Origin: Mobula hypostoma | Lineage: Eukaryota | NCBI RefSeq assembly: GCF_963921235.1 | Contig: NC_086108.1 | Location: forward strand, 75,084,001 to 75,148,000 | Length of the DNA: 64,000 nt | Direction: 5' to 3' | Part shown: one piece after another, positions 12,501-25,885 of the stretch | Layout: each line of letters opens with the position of its first letter | How positions within the stretch are numbered: position 1 is the stretch's first letter | Translations under genes and position numbers: made by a program | Notes under the pieces: generated by a model | The model's input: only the letters and a program-made list of their open reading frames with translations | What the model was told of the DNA's origin: nothing | Databases searched by the model: none

Positions 12501-13019
12501 CCTCTTGTTTCTAACATATTGTTGATATTGCCTTAATTTTTGTTGAAATATGCAGATATACTAGAAGATTGATTGTGATCCCAAGCACTCCAGTTAACCT
12601 CAGTTAAATTTCAGTACAGGTCTTTAAGGGCAATATTCTAACCTGCACAATTACCCAGATCCCAAGGTATTTGGCCCTTTCAAGAAAATGATAAATTATC
12701 TCTGAATTTGTGTGCTGCTGTTCAGCTGTCGGGAATGCTGCTGGTTTGTTGTGTTACTTTAAATATGTTTAGATTTGTTTCAGTGAACTAGGTGAGCATG
12801 CACCACTGGTGGTCCAGTGCATCTGAGGTTTACACAGCTGATCCCGGGCATCCTGTTGTGAATATTCTCACTGTCTGGCATTTGAAAAGAAGTCTCACTC
12901 CTTAGCAAAATGAATGAATATTCTCCAGAATGCATTTATTCAAGGTAAATGTGTAAAGAGTGTAATTGGTTCCTAAGTGGAGTTACGAGCATTTTGTTCA
13001 TCATTCTATGATCTGATGA

Positions 13020-13292
13020 ACTGAATTCTGAGGCTTTGGGCCTACTCTGGCCTGCGCCAGGATTTGGATATAGGACTCAATTTGGTTTGGAATGCTGTTG
13101 TTGTTGCTCGTTTCTTATGCTTGCATGAATTGATTTCTGTTTTTTTTCTTTTTCTCTGTGGGCACCGAGGTTGGTCTTTTTTTAAAATTGGGTTCTTTTG
13201 GGTTCCTTGCTTTGTGACTGCCTGTAAGCAAACAAATCTCAAGGTTGTATAATTTATACATTCTTTGATAATAAATGCACTTTGAATCTTTT
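13020..13292 (+). mobile_element. Rex1/Babar LINE 3'UTR fragment
   Basis: GCCTGTAAGCAAACAAATCTCAAGGTTGTATA...AATAAATGCACTTTGAATCTTT terminus, shared with other Rex-type tails in the window. Confidence 0.65.
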
Positions 13293-13434
13293 GACGTCAA
13301 TCTTAATTGCGCCATGAGTTACTAGAGATGGCAGTGTATATAAACTCCTTCAGTAGGCTGAGTTTACATAATGTTTGTAATATCAGAAAACATTTATTGA
13401 ACAGTGTCTTTAAATATTTTATGTTTCTTAATTT

Positions 13435-14600
13435 GTTGAGTTGGGATGTTATGTTGAAGATCTGTAAGACATTGGTGAGGCCTAATTTGGAGTATTTGAC
13501 ATCTATATCAATGATTTGGATGTTAATGTAGTTAACTGGATTAGTAAATTTGTAGATGACGCCAAGATTGGGGGTGTAGTAGACGGTAAGGAAATCTATC
13601 AAAGTCTGCTGTAGGATCTGGAACAGCAGGGAAAAATGGACTGAAAAATGGCAGATGGAATTTAATGCAGCCAAGTGCACTTTGGGGAGGGCCTAGCTGA
13701 GTAGGTTTTACTCAATGAGTGGCAGGGCACTGAGGAGTGCAGTAGAACAAAGGGATCTAGGAATACCAGTCCATAATTCATTGAAAGTGGCATCACGGTT
13801 AGATGGGGCCATAAAGAAAGCTTTTGGCTCATTGGCCTTCATAGATCGATGTATTAAGTACAGGAGATGGGATGTTATGTTGAATTTTATAACATGCTGT
13901 TGAGGCCTAATTTGGAGTATGTGTATTTAAAAATGCAAACACGAGGAAATCTGCAGATGCTGGAGTTTCAAGCAACGCACATAAAAGTTGCTGGTGAACG
14001 CAGCAGGCCAGGCAGCATCAATAGGAAGAGGTACAGTCGACGTTTCGGGGGCGAAGGGTCTCGTATGTGTGCAGTTTTGGTCACCTACCTACAGGAAGGA
14101 TGTCAATAAGATTGAAAGAGTACAGAGAAAATTTACAAGGATTTTGCCTGGACTGAAGACCTAAAGAAAGATTGAATAAGTTAGAACTTTATTCGCTGGA
14201 ATGTAGAAGATTGAGGGGAGATTTGATAGAGGTATACAAAATTATGAGGGTTATAGATAGGATAAATGCAAGTAAGCTTTTTTCCATTGAGGTTGGGTGA
14301 GAATATACCTAAAGGTCATGGGTTAAGTGTGAAAGGTGAAACATTTAAGAGAAACATGAGGGGGAGACTTCTTCAATCAGAGGGTGGTGAGAGTGTGGAT
14401 TGAGGTGCCAGTGCAAGTGGTGAATGTGGTTTTGATTTCAACATTTAGAATAAGTTTGGATAGGTACATAAATGGGAGGGGTATAGAGGACAATCGCCCA
14501 AGTGCAGATCGATAGGACTAGGCAGTTTAAATGGTTCGGCATGGACTAGGTGGGCAGATGGGCCTGTTTCTGAGCTGCAATTTTCTATGACTCTGTGACT
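13435..14600 (+). mobile_element. CR1 LINE RT/C-terminal fragment with PLE insertion at ~13925-14062
   Basis: Decayed KFADD-like motif, EQRDLG, LVRPNLEY and 3' tail TTCTATGACTCT. The PLE insert is flanked by GTATGTGT (13917-13924, 14063-14070). Confidence 0.85.
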
Positions 14601-15771
14601 ATATGTATCCAATTTCTGAAGTGCAGTCTCTGGAAAAATACTACTTGAATAATTAAGAACTCATATTCCGACAGGAATTACTCCTGATGCACATCTACAG
14701 TAATGGTGGCTTTGCCCATTATGATAACATATATACATAAACTTACATTAGCACGTCTGCCAATACAATACTCCCTCAAACTCCACAGCAATCTATTAGA
14801 AACATGCTCCTGAATTGCTCATTTCATATTGGGGGTAAGGGTGGATCCAGAACATGTGGTTTAAGTGAACATAATTGTATTTCCTATGTGTAAGTGGAGA
14901 CCTGATCTAGTTGGAGAGGTTAAAAGGTATCCAGGTGTCCAAAGAACCTGAGGCAGGCAAGTCCCTGGTTCCAGGAGTCTATGAAGAAGGGATTACAGTA
15001 AATTACATTGTACGTGGCCTCCTGACAGTGGAAGGACTTGGACTGAAATTATTAAAAAGTCGAGAGTCAAAGAGTGACTGGCCATGTATGCTGAGCTCTG
15101 CTTGGCCAAATATCAACAGAGAACTAACTCTAGCTATTTTGCAAAACTAGTAGAATGGACACATTTTTAATATGACCTGCAAATGTGACACAAGTGCCCT
15201 GAAGTTTCCTATTCGTTTATGACGTTAGACTACTTGAGAAGTACTGGTGGCTCACGTAATTTATTCACAGGATTGCCAGTGTATGCTTCTACACATGTGC
15301 CAAATATGGTCGCCAATGACAGCCATTAACAGTAGCTCCTGTTACTTGACATAAACCTGCAGATCCTTTTCCTGATTTCGTCAATGGTCAATTAAATTAT
15401 TTAGTCAGGTGCACTGGATATAGTAGGATGTGAAAGACTACCCAGATGTGAAATGCTGAGTTTTGAGGTTTTATTGTTTACTGCTTTTTCCTTGAAGCTA
15501 ATTTCCTATCTATGCTGCTAGACAAGTTATGCTGCTAATCAAAATGGTCAAAAATAATTTGTCTTGAATAAACTTGTATTGTGTTTGCTTCATCATTTCA
15601 GACATCTCCCAACGCCTTTTATTTCATTCCCTAATAATTAATTTTAAATCTTGCCCATAGCTAAGATTAAGCTAAATGGCCTTTAACTTCCGAACATAAA
15701 CTTTTAATCCTTATTGAACATTTGCTAATTTCCCTGCACCAAGGGAAGATGGGAATATTATGATAAGCATT

Positions 15772-16240
15772 TAGAGTCATAGAGAAGTACAGGACCTTTG
15801 GCCCATCTAGTCCATACTGAAACCCTTTAGACTGTCTATTCCCATCAAACTGCACCGGGACCATAGCTCCCCATATCCTTACGATGCAGGTACCTATCCA
15901 ATCTTCTTTTAAACATTGAAATTGAGCTCGCATGCACCACTTGTGTTGGCAGCTCATTCCACACTCACGACTTTCCGAGTGAAGAGGTTCTCCCTCATGT
16001 TCACCTTAAAACTTCTCACCTTTCATCCTTAACCCATTATCTCTGGTTGTAGTCCCAGCCCAGCCTCAGTGGAAAAAACCTGCTTGCATTTCCACTATCT
16101 ATGTCCCTCATAATTCTGTATACATTTATTAATTTTTTTGTCTCAGTCTTTTACATTCTAAAAAAATACAGTCTTAACCTATTCAATCTTTCCTTATAAC
16201 TCAGGTCCTCCAGATCAGGCAACATCCTTGTAAATTTAGA
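15772..16240 (-). mobile_element. CR1 3' fragment
   Basis: AGAGTCATAGAG tail complement and CR1 C-terminal motifs. Confidence 0.8.
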
Positions 16241-16398
16241 CTGCCTACAGGGCTATGGGAGTAGGCAGTCTTAATGGTAAACTTCACTTGTGAGTCTGTT
16301 GGGGTCATTTACTGTATCCAGTGCTCCCAGTGTGGCCTCTTACATATAGGTAAGACCTGACGTAGATTGGGAGATCACAAACTCAATGCTCCTCTGTT

Positions 16399-16626
16399 AA
16401 CACACACAAAAACTGCTGTTGAATGCAGCAGGCCAGGCAGCATCTCTAGGAAGAGGTATAGTCGACGTTTCAGGCCGAGACCCTTCGTCAGGACTAACTG
16501 GAAGGGTCTCGGCCCGAAACGTCAACTGTACCTCTTCCTGTAGATGCTGCCTGGCCTGCTGCTTTCACTAGCGTTTTTTGTGTGTGTTGCTTGAATTTCC
16601 AGCATCTGCAGATTTCCTCGTGTTTG
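16399..16626. mobile_element. Head-to-head PLE 3'-end insertion carrying two opposed hammerhead motifs
   Basis: Short end on the left (ACACACACAAAA), long end on the right (..GATTTCCTCGTGTTTG). Imperfect TSD GCTCCTCTGTTAA / GCCCCTCTGTAAA. A GIY-YIG fragment lies just upstream (~16278-16378). Confidence 0.85.
16460..16495 (-). ncRNA. Minimal type I hammerhead ribozyme motif (intact core)
   Basis: Minus strand AGTC CTGACGA A GGGTCTCGGCCT GAAACGTC GACT: helix I AGTC/GACT, CUGANGA, helix II, GAAA, palindromic ACGU helix III, GUC cleavage triplet. Confidence 0.8.
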
Positions 16627-16699
16627 CCCCTCTGTAAATCTGTGCATAGATTTTCCCTGCAACAGTAAGGGAATGCGATGCAAAGGCTATGGGGCATTC

Positions 16700-19389
16700 A
16701 CTTCCATCACATAGCATGTGACATGACTGCACCTATACCTTAAGGTGAGGTGACATAGGCTAGCTTCACTGGACTATGTGGATCATAATGATTGAATACA
16801 GTGTCTGATGTTACCATTTACTTGACCTTTTGGAAAGCCACCTCACACTGCTTTGTCCATTGTCAGTTCTTCCCAATCTGTAGTAATGAGTTAAAGGGGT
16901 GCGGCACAGTTGCCAGGTTTGGCAGGAACGCTTATAGTAATTGACAGATCCTAGAAAGGACCGGAACTGTGACACGTCCCTTGGCCTTGGGGTATCCACC
17001 ACTGCTTGAATTTTCTCAGCACCCTTATGTAAACCTTGTGCATCAATTGTGTGACCACAGTAAGTGATGCTTGGTTTAATAAATTGATACTTACTGCGGC
17101 ATGTTCTGAGGCCATATTCTTCTAATCTTTTTAACACTGTACTGAGATTTTGGAGGTGTTTCTCATCATCCTTACAATAATACTGAGCGCCTGGGCAGCC
17201 TTGCTTTCTGCCAGAGTGCAGATGCAGACGCTACTCCAAAAGTGTGCCTATTGTAGTGATAACGATATAGGGAGTGCTTATGGTGAGAAACACTTTGGAC
17301 TCTTCTTCCAACTCCATCTGTCTGTGGGTAGACCTCAGCTACATCCATTTTGCTGAAGTGTTTTCCTCCAGAAAGGTTTGCAAATATATCCTCCATCTTG
17401 GCAGAGGGTATTAATCTACTTTCAGTACTGGGTTGATGGTGAAATTAAAATCACCGCAGTTCCATTCAGACCCATTCTTCTTGGCTACTGGGACCACTGG
17501 CATTGCTCATGTGATCCACTCAGCCTTGGAAAGAATTCCTTCAGCCTCCATGTCATCTACCTCATTGGCTACTTTATCACAGATGGTATAAGGAACCAGA
17601 TGGACTTGTAAAACCCAGGTGTGGCATTTTCATTTAACATTATTTTACCCTTAATAAGTTAGAGTTTTCCAGTGCCATCCTTGAACACTGCTGTGGCATC
17701 ATCCAGTACCTTTTAAAATTCACTTTCAATTGACTCTATGACAGGGGATGTGGCATGCAAATGGTGGATGGATCTCCAATTAAGCTGTAGTTGTCTCAGC
17801 CACTCACCCCCACAATGCTGGCCCTCCTGTTTTTACCACATTCAAGCCAAATGTGGCATTGTTATTTTATTTCACTGTTATGAATGGCATTCCCACAGGA
17901 ATTATCTTTGCTCCAGTATAACTTTGCTGGATATCTGCAGGCTTCAGATTAGTACCTTTGAAATGCCGTTCAATTTCATTTTGTTGAATGACTCAAACAG
18001 TCAAACCAGTGTCCAATTCCATTTTAATTAATTTGCCATTCACTTCTGGTGTAAGCCATATTGTTTTGTCTCCCGTTAGTTTATACATAGTAAATCTCAA
18101 GGCTATTCAGTCCTGTCTTACTCTCATCATCAGATTTTTCATCAACATCATGCAGACTAATGCTTCTTTTGAAACTGCAACTTGACTTTTGAATCTTTTT
18201 CTCTTCCCTGAGCAGTCCATTTATTTTTGTCTGCCCTTTATATGTGTCCTAATTCATAGCATTGTCTATACTTTCACCTTTAAGTCTGCATTGGTCTGGT
18301 GTATGTGAGTTCCTGCCACAACAGTAACACAGTTTGCTCAGCCAGACAGGTTTCTGTTTAAACATTGCAGTTTTGGTCACACTCACTTTCGTTCCTGACT
18401 GCAACTCAATTGCATTGCTCTCTGCAGTTTCAATGGATATAGCTATTTCAACTGCTCTTTTAAATGTAAGGTGTGCTTCAGCTAGGAGCCTTTTATGTAT
18501 TCTTTCATGTAAGATTCCACAAACAATCTCTTGGTGCATCATTAAGCCCTTTACAGAACTGACAATGCTCAGACAATCTCTTCAATTCAGCCACATACGC
18601 TGAATTGGATTCCCCTTCCTTTTGATTCCAATTATGAAACCTAAAGTATTCTGCAATCCACAGTGGCTTTGTTTTTAACTGTTCCTGCATTACTTTCATA
18701 TCAACAAAGCTCATTTTTGCAAGTTTAGTTGGAGTAGTTAAACTTCTAAGCAAATTGCATGCCTTTAAATCCAACACGTGCAACAAAATTGGCACTTGCT
18801 TTTCATTGTCTATTTTATGTGCTTCAATATACTGCTCAATTTGCTCAGTATACAATATCCAGTTATCTCTTGTGCAATCAAACTCTTCTATCTTTCCAAA
18901 GTAGCCATCCATTTCTGCTCTTTTATTTTATTTATGATTATCATCAAGTGGTACTCATTGTTTATGAACCCATGAACTTGTCTGTTTTCTGCCTTTTTTG
19001 GAATTCAACCTTGTCTGTCCTCTCCCGAAGAAGCATGTTTTTTAAAAACTCACTGTCACTGTGCTTCAACAGGTAGCTAATCATCTTGGGTTTGTTTGAA
19101 TCTTTCCTGTCTCCACTGTTATATTTTGTAACTCCAACATATGAGATGTTGCCTGGCCTGCTGCGTTCACCAGCAACTTTGATGTGTGTTGCAGGAAAAA
19201 GATGTGAGTTCAGGAGAATGCGTCTTAGCTTCGTTTTACTTTAAGTAAAACACACATGTATGGTGTGCTGGCATGATGATATTTCTATTCATGTACTTTT
19301 GCATATAAATGAATTATTTAAATGAACAAGAATGCTTAATGAAACAATATATTTACAATATTACTTAAATATCACTGAAATACACAACA
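16700..19389 (-). mobile_element. Decayed Gypsy LTR retrotransposon (Mag/K02A2.6-like), copy A: 5' LTR, gag, protease, RT
   Basis: LTR 19117-19389 (TG...AACA on minus) followed by PBS-like GTGGAGAC. gag ORFs 18505..18912 and 18249..18542; RT ORFs 17172..17396 (EDIFANLSGGKHFSKMD) and 16811..17137 (LRSFLG-like, VNYY). A small PLE end sits inside the LTR (~19143-19192). Confidence 0.9.
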
Positions 19390-19391
19390 GT

Positions 19392-19890
19392 AAAGTCCTT
19401 GAAAGTGAGTTTATAGGGTGAGTAGTCAATTCGACATTGAGGTGAGTGAAGCTATCCATGCTAGAGCAGGAGTGTGACAGCTGTAGTGTAATAGCTATTC
19501 CCGAACCTGGTGGTGTGGGCCCTAAGATTCCTATACTTCCTGTTCGATAGCAGTAGGGAGGAGAGAGTATGGCCTGGATGGTGGGTGCCTTTGATGATGG
19601 CTGCTGCTTTCTTGTGGCAGTGCTCCTCGTAAATGTACTCAATAATGGGGAAGACTTTTCTTGTAGTGGACTGAGCTGTATCCACCACTTTCTTTAGACT
19701 TTTCTGTTCCTGGGCATTGGTGATTCTATATTGGTGCAACCAGTCAGGACACTCCCCACCGTGCATCTATAAAAAGTTTGTCAAAGTCTGAGATAACATG
19801 TTGAACCTATGCAAACTTTTAAGAGAGAAGAGGCGGTGCTGTGCTTTCTTTGTGATGGCACTTATGTGCTGGTCCCAAATTTTCTGATAT
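19392..19890 (-). mobile_element. Rex1/Babar LINE 3' fragment
   Basis: ORF 19461..19766 (KKAAAIIKGTHHPGHTLSSLL..RKYRNLRAHTTRFGNSYY). Confidence 0.85.
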
Positions 19891-20624
19891 GTTAGTGCAT
19901 GAAGTTCAGGAGACTTCTAGATTCCCTTCTATGTTAACTGTTATCTCTCTTTCCACATTTTATCTGTCTTTCATTTCCCTTCCAGGCTCTTGCTTGGTTC
20001 TTAATGGGCTTACTCACCTGATGCACATCATGCATTTTTCTTCTTATTTCTTTATTTTTTCTATCTCCTTTATCATAAAAGGGTCATTTGCTTTAGTTCC
20101 CTTACCTTTCCCCTTTGCAGGAAAGTGTGAAGTCAATACCTGGATCATTTACATTTTAAAGGGCATCTAAGTATAACATTACCAAAAAAATTGGTTCTGA
20201 TTTATCCTTGTCAGTCCGTTCTCATCCCATTGAAATTTAGCCCTCTTTCAAATTAGAAGTTTCACTTTAGATTTCACAAAATTTGTATACTGAAAAGGCA
20301 AATTCCTGTAAAAGTGCTTTTTATACTTTCCATTCATTAAAACTTGTAAATTAGCAACAGCACAGCACTTTGAGTGGGTGAAACATGTGAAATTCTAGAT
20401 CAATGGTACCAAGAATAAATCTGGTAGATTGTGGTCAGGGCTCATTCATGATTTAATCGTGGAGAAATTGTTCATTTCTCTCCTACTCATACTAAATACT
20501 AAAGGCATCTCTAAGGCATTAAAGGGAAAAGATATGGAAGCAAATTAAACGATGAAAATTTAAAAAATTGGCAGAATTACTCTGCTCACAGTTGCACAGA
20601 CTACTGGGGAATTATTAGGCAGTA

Positions 20625-22635
20625 CAGTCAACCTTCACTAATTCAACTACCAGTAATCTGGTTCCTTCGATAATCTGGCACTGATGTCAAATTTTCCGCG
20701 CAACTGTTATTTCAGATTTCCCAGGCCACCGTACCAATCTGCTGGGCATTGTTTTAGTTGCGCTAGATCTGTTCACTTGTTGGCGCGTTCTTGTTTCTGC
20801 TTGTTTTCCTGCAGTTATTAATATCATTGGCTCTTTTTTATCACCAATTATGGCCCCAGTGAGTAAAGCAAATGCACTTCGTGCTGTGAAGCGAAAACAC
20901 CACACATTATCCATTAAAGATAATTAGATTAGATTAGATTCAACTTTATTGTCATTGTGCTGAGTACAGATACAAAGCCAATGAAATGCAGTTAGCATCT
21001 GACCAGAAATGCAAAGAGTAGTGTTATTTACAAAATAACTGCGAATAAAGAGTAAGTGCTACAGCACACAAATATAAAAGTACTGAGACAGTACAATATG
21101 GGTGCAATGCTGCTTAGTGCTGTGATGTGAGATTCAGCAGTGTCACAGTCTCAGGGAAGAAGCTCTTCCTGTGCCTGCTGGTGTGGGAGCGGAGGCTCCT
21201 GTAGCGCCTACCGGATGGGAGGAGAGTAAGAAGTCCATGGTTAGGGTGAGATGCATCCTTGATAATGCTTTTCACCCTGCCCAGGCAGTGTTTATGGTAG
21301 ATGTTCTCAATGGTGGGCAATTGGGTGCCAATAATCCGCTGGGCAGTTTTCATCACACGCTGGAGTGCTGGACAGTGGTGTATCGGTGAAAAGCTTGTGC
21401 GGGTGTTACGACATTGGCTCTTCCACAGTGTACGATATAAAGAAACAGAAAGAAAAACTGCTACATTTTTTGCTGATAGTGGTTCAAAGAAACAGATCTG
21501 CATAAGAAAAACAATGAAAGACAGAAGAAGTTAGGAACTAGATAAAGTGCTGATAATGTGGTTTAATCTTCGTATAAGTGAAGGTGTTGAACTGTCTGGA
21601 GATATGGTGAAGGAACAAGCAAAAGTGTTTCCTGAAGAACTAGAACTTGATTATGAGTGTGACTACAGTGAAGGTTGGCTTCATCGGTTCAAGCAGAGTC
21701 ACGGCTTACAGTTTCGTGCAGTGTGTGGTGAAAAACATTCAGCAGACAAGGAAGCAGCAGCAGAGTTTGTTGGCAAGTTCACCAAGTTAGTCTCCGATGA
21801 AAAATTCAGCCCCCAGCAGGTGTACAATGCTGATGAGACTGCTTTGTATTGGAGATATACACCAAGAAGAACACTAACAACAGCAGATGCAGAATCACCA
21901 GCAGGGTATAAGGTATCGAGAGATCGTGTGACTTTGCTAGCAGGGAGACTTTCTATTGACAGGCTAATTAAGTTGACAGGTGAATTGCTGAGAGCAACGA
22001 TGTTTTATAACTGAGCAAGAAATAATGAGTGTTTATATGTTGCAGGATAAGCTAATCAAAGAGAGACCAAAATATATGAAACAGCTTACCTTGGAAGATA
22101 TGTTCAAAAAAATTACTAGAAGAAGTGCAACAGGGGAGCTAACACTTCAAAATCCAGTGCCATCAACTTCTGCTCACCCAGATGTGCTGTCACCAACATC
22201 AACAGTTCTTGAAGAAACTGTTGTGCCAGATTCAGCACCAGTTCCTGATGCTTCACTCATTTTTCAAGATGAAGATGTTGATGATCCTGACAACCCCACA
22301 CTTGCAGACATGTAACTTTGCCTGAAGGTACATTAAGTGTCTCAGTTTAGAAGTGGAAGTGCTCAACTTTTCTGTATAAGTTAACTCCTGTACATTTACC
22401 TGTACCCTTTATTTTATCTGTGCCTGTGCAGTATATTACTTTAGTAAAATTTCACTTGCTACTCATTTAATATTTCTGTTTCATTATTATCTAATTTGTA
22501 CTGATTTGCACGATATTTTAAAGGTAGGATGAGGCGGTTAGCTATTGGTTAGTGTGATCCTTCTGTCATTCAGCATTTTCCCGAATCCGGCACTCCTCAG
22601 ATCCCAACGGTGCCGGATTAGTGAAGGTCGACCTG
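20625..22635 (+). mobile_element. Tigger/pogo DNA transposon, internally deleted, with Rex1 insertion
   Basis: TIRs CAGTCAACCTTCACTAAT / ATTAGTGAAGGTCGACCTG with flanking TA. Transposase starts at 20850 (MAPVSKANALRAVKRKHHTLSIKD); CENP-B HTH (SEGWLHRFKQSHG) and start of DDE_1 (VYNADETALYW...DRVTLL) in ORF 21547..22014. Confidence 0.9.
20925..21372 (-). mobile_element. Rex1/Babar LINE 3' fragment inserted in the Tigger transposase
   Basis: ORF 21114..21503 (LQRVMKTAQRIIG...LLPSGRRYRSLRSHTSR); (ATCTA)n tail at ~20925-20940. Confidence 0.9.
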
Positions 22636-22754
22636 TAGTTACATTCAGTTACTTTTCTATCATTAAAATGCCAATTTCTACTTTCTGCACAGTAGTTTAT
22701 TTGTAAATCAGGTAAATTAGAGAAAAGAGATATAAGAATAATAAAATAATGTTT

Positions 22755-23060
22755 AGAATCAAAGTTCAAAGTGAAATTTATTATCAGAGTATATACATGT
22801 CACCAAATAAAATCCCGAGATTCCTTTTTTGAGCACATACTTAGCAAATCTATAGAACAGTAACTATAAACTGTAAACATTAGGAACTGTAAACAAAACT
22901 GTGGAAATGTGGATATAAATAAATAGCAATAAAAATGAGCATGAAATAATAATATCACAGAGTCTTGAAATGAACGTAACTATCCTCTTTTGTTCAAAAG
23001 CCTCATGGTTGAAGGGTAGTAAGTGTGCTTGAACCTGGTGGTGCAAGTTCTGAGTCAGCT
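22755..23060 (-). mobile_element. Rex1/Babar 3' tail fragment
   Basis: CAAAGTTCAAAGTGAAATTTATTATC tail complement and TTGAACCTGGTGGTGC coding remnant. Confidence 0.7.
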
Positions 23061-23546
23061 GAGGCATCAGATGAGAAATACCTGCTGTGGTGCCATCTTT
23101 AAAGAACGTATTGATGTGTTGTTGGAGTGAAACCAAGTCTGTGGGGGGAGCCTGTAAACACCAGCACTGAATGGACCAAATGGCCTGGTTCTATGTTACA
23201 ACGCTTACGTGAATATATTTTGAGACATTCCTGGGATGAAATGCAGGCAATAGATTTCATCAGTACATGCCCTTCATTTGGAAAGGTGAGATTTCAACAT
23301 GTATGATACTTCACAAGTGAGACATATGTATATACAGTATGGCCACATAGGAAAATATAAGGTCGATTCAAATCTGTGCTGCCACATCTTGGTGGAGTAG
23401 AGCATCACATGTAAATCCCATTTTTTACGACATTATGCACGATTTAGAAAATATTTTCTGTGCAGTAACTTACAAAATGCAAGGCAATAATAGCAAGTGA
23501 GGTCAATTGTTCTTCTGAAACAAATAATGCCATACCAATGGTGTAT

Positions 23547-24295
23547 GGACACTTCACCTGTGAGTCGACTGGGGTGATATACTGTGTCTGGTGCTCCCGA
23601 TGCGGCCTTCTATATATTGGTGAGACCCGACACATACTGGGAGACCGTTTCGCTGAACACCTATGCTCTGTCCGCCAGAGAAAGCAGGATCTCCCAGTGG
23701 CCACACATTTTAATTCCACATCCCATTCCCATTCTGATATGTCTATCCATGGCCTCCTCTACTGTAAAGATGAAGCCACACTCAGGTTGGAGGAACAATA
23801 TCTTATATTCCGTCTGGGTAGCCTCCAACCTGATGGCATGAACATTGACTTCTCAAACTTACACTAATGCCCCACCTCCCCATCATACCCCATCCGTTAT
23901 TTATTTATATACACACATTCTTTTTCTCTTTCTCCTTTTTCTCCCTCTGTCCCTCTCACTACACCCCTTGCCCATCCTCTGGGCTTCCTCATCCTTTTTT
24001 TCTCCCTAGGCCTCCTGTTCCATGATCCTCTCATATCCCTTTTGCCAATCAACTGTCCAGCTCTTGGCTCCATCCCTCCCCCTTCTGACTTCTCCTATCA
24101 TTTTGGATCTCCCCCTCCCCCTCCTACTTTCAAATCTCTTACTAGCTCTTCTTTCAGTTAGTCCTGACGAAGGGTCTCGGCCCAAAATGCTGACTGTACC
24201 TCTTCCTAGAGATGCTGCCTGGCCTGCTGCGTTCACCAGCAACTTTTATGTGTGTTGCTTGAAATTTCAGCATCTGCAGATTTCCTCGTGTTTAC
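23547..24295 (+). mobile_element. Young 5'-truncated Penelope-like element (GIY-YIG domain, 3' pseudo-LTR)
   Basis: ORF 23538..23867 (HFTCESTGVIYCVWCSRCGLLYIGET...PVATHFN...GSLQPDGMN). Mutated hammerhead at 24160-24195; long 3' end ..GATTTCCTCGTGTTT. Confidence 0.92.
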
Positions 24296-25534
24296 GTGTA
24301 TCTCCTTAACCAATCTTAGAATCATGGATTAAGATGATGATTCATCCAGTGTGGGATGACTCTTTCAGAGGCCAATTCCATTAGCTCGCTCTCCCATTTT
24401 CTGCAAATCTTGCAAATTTCTTCTGTTCAAGTATTTATCTAGTTCTATTTTAATGCCCGCTATTCCAACTTCACTATATTCCAAATACTAAGCACTTGTA
24501 GTATATGAGGAAACCCTTATGTTGCTTTAGATTCTTTTAGCAATCATTTTCAATGTATGCCTTCCAGGCATCAAAAATAATTTTATTGAAACTCTTCATT
24601 TAAACCTTCATGATTTAAGCAGCTCTATCAAACTTCTTTCTACCTTCACTGTTTAAAGAACAAATTCATCTTTTACAGTATTATTATAACTCCTCATTCA
24701 TAAATTTCATCTGCCTATTCTCTAAAGCCATCACATCATTTTGCACAAATATTTCACCAGTTTGCTCAGAGACTTCAAATGAGGGAACGATGAATATCTT
24801 GTGTAGATTTAATGTTTCTTTCTGGATTTGTACTCCATGACTCTGTAAGCTTACTCAATGTTTCTTGCCTTTAACAAAGGTTTGATTTGGCCAATTATAA
24901 AAAGAATTGTAATCAATGTTTTACTACGAAAAGGAATGTAACTGTAAAATTGTGAACTTTCTGGTTCAGAGCAGTGATTTGAAATTAATATATTGTTAAG
25001 CTTAAGTTCTAAATTTCTGTAATGTGCGTAATGGTCAATTGGTCAATTATTGAACAATCCTGCCAAGTTTTGTTTTAAGGGTGAAATAAAGAAAAGGATT
25101 ACAAAATTAGCAAGTGGTCAAATTAAAGTGGTAAATGGCTACTTTTGTTGAATGGTTAAATAGATTGCAAATGCAGTATAACGAGATTTTGATTGTGCAA
25201 AATAAGTAATCAATGAATAGCTTTGCTACCAAGTTCAAAGGCCCACTGGCAAGAACTTAGAATACTTAATTATGCATCATAAATTGTCAGAATATGAAAC
25301 TTCTGGAAGGAGACATGTTCTTAGAGTTTTCGGAAAATAATTTATAAATCGTCAGAAATAAAAATAAAAAATGGTTTTCTCAGATCAGAAATGTAAACTA
25401 TTTTTTTCTCTTCACAGATGCTACCTAACTGCTGAGTGTTTCTAGCATTTTCTATTTTTATTTTAGATTTCCAGGATCTTTATTATTCGTTTTGCATTTA
25501 CTATCAAACCTAAAATTTATTTCCACTTGCCTAA

Positions 25535-25885
25535 GTGTATAAGATAATGAGAGGCATTAATCGTGTGGATAGTCAGAGGCTTTTTCCCAGGGCTGAAATG
25601 GCTAGCACGAGAGGAAACAGTTTTAAGGTGCTTGGAAGAAGGTACAGAGGAGATGTCAGGGGTAAGTTTTTTACACAGAGAGTGGTGAGTGCATGGAATG
25701 GGCTGCCGGCGACGGTGGTCAAGGCGGATACGATAGGGCCTTTTAAGAGACTCCTGGATAGGTACATGGAGCTTAGAAAAATAGAGGGCTATGGATAATC
25801 CTAGGTAATTTCTAAGGTAAGGACATGTTCAGCACAGCCTTGTGGGCCAAAGGGCCTGTATTGTGCTGTAGGTTTTCTATGTTTC
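25535..25885 (+). mobile_element. CR1 3' fragment
   Basis: ORF 25535..25798 ([17 protein letters not shown]...[14 protein letters not shown]). Confidence 0.9.

Noticed and set aside
14911..15150. 79-aa ORF in unique sequence
   Set aside because: Non-ATG start, no recognisable domain or splice context.
21547..22315. Domesticated TIGD/JRK-like gene
   Set aside because: TIRs and TA sites are retained, and the ORF is broken by a LINE, stops and a deletion.
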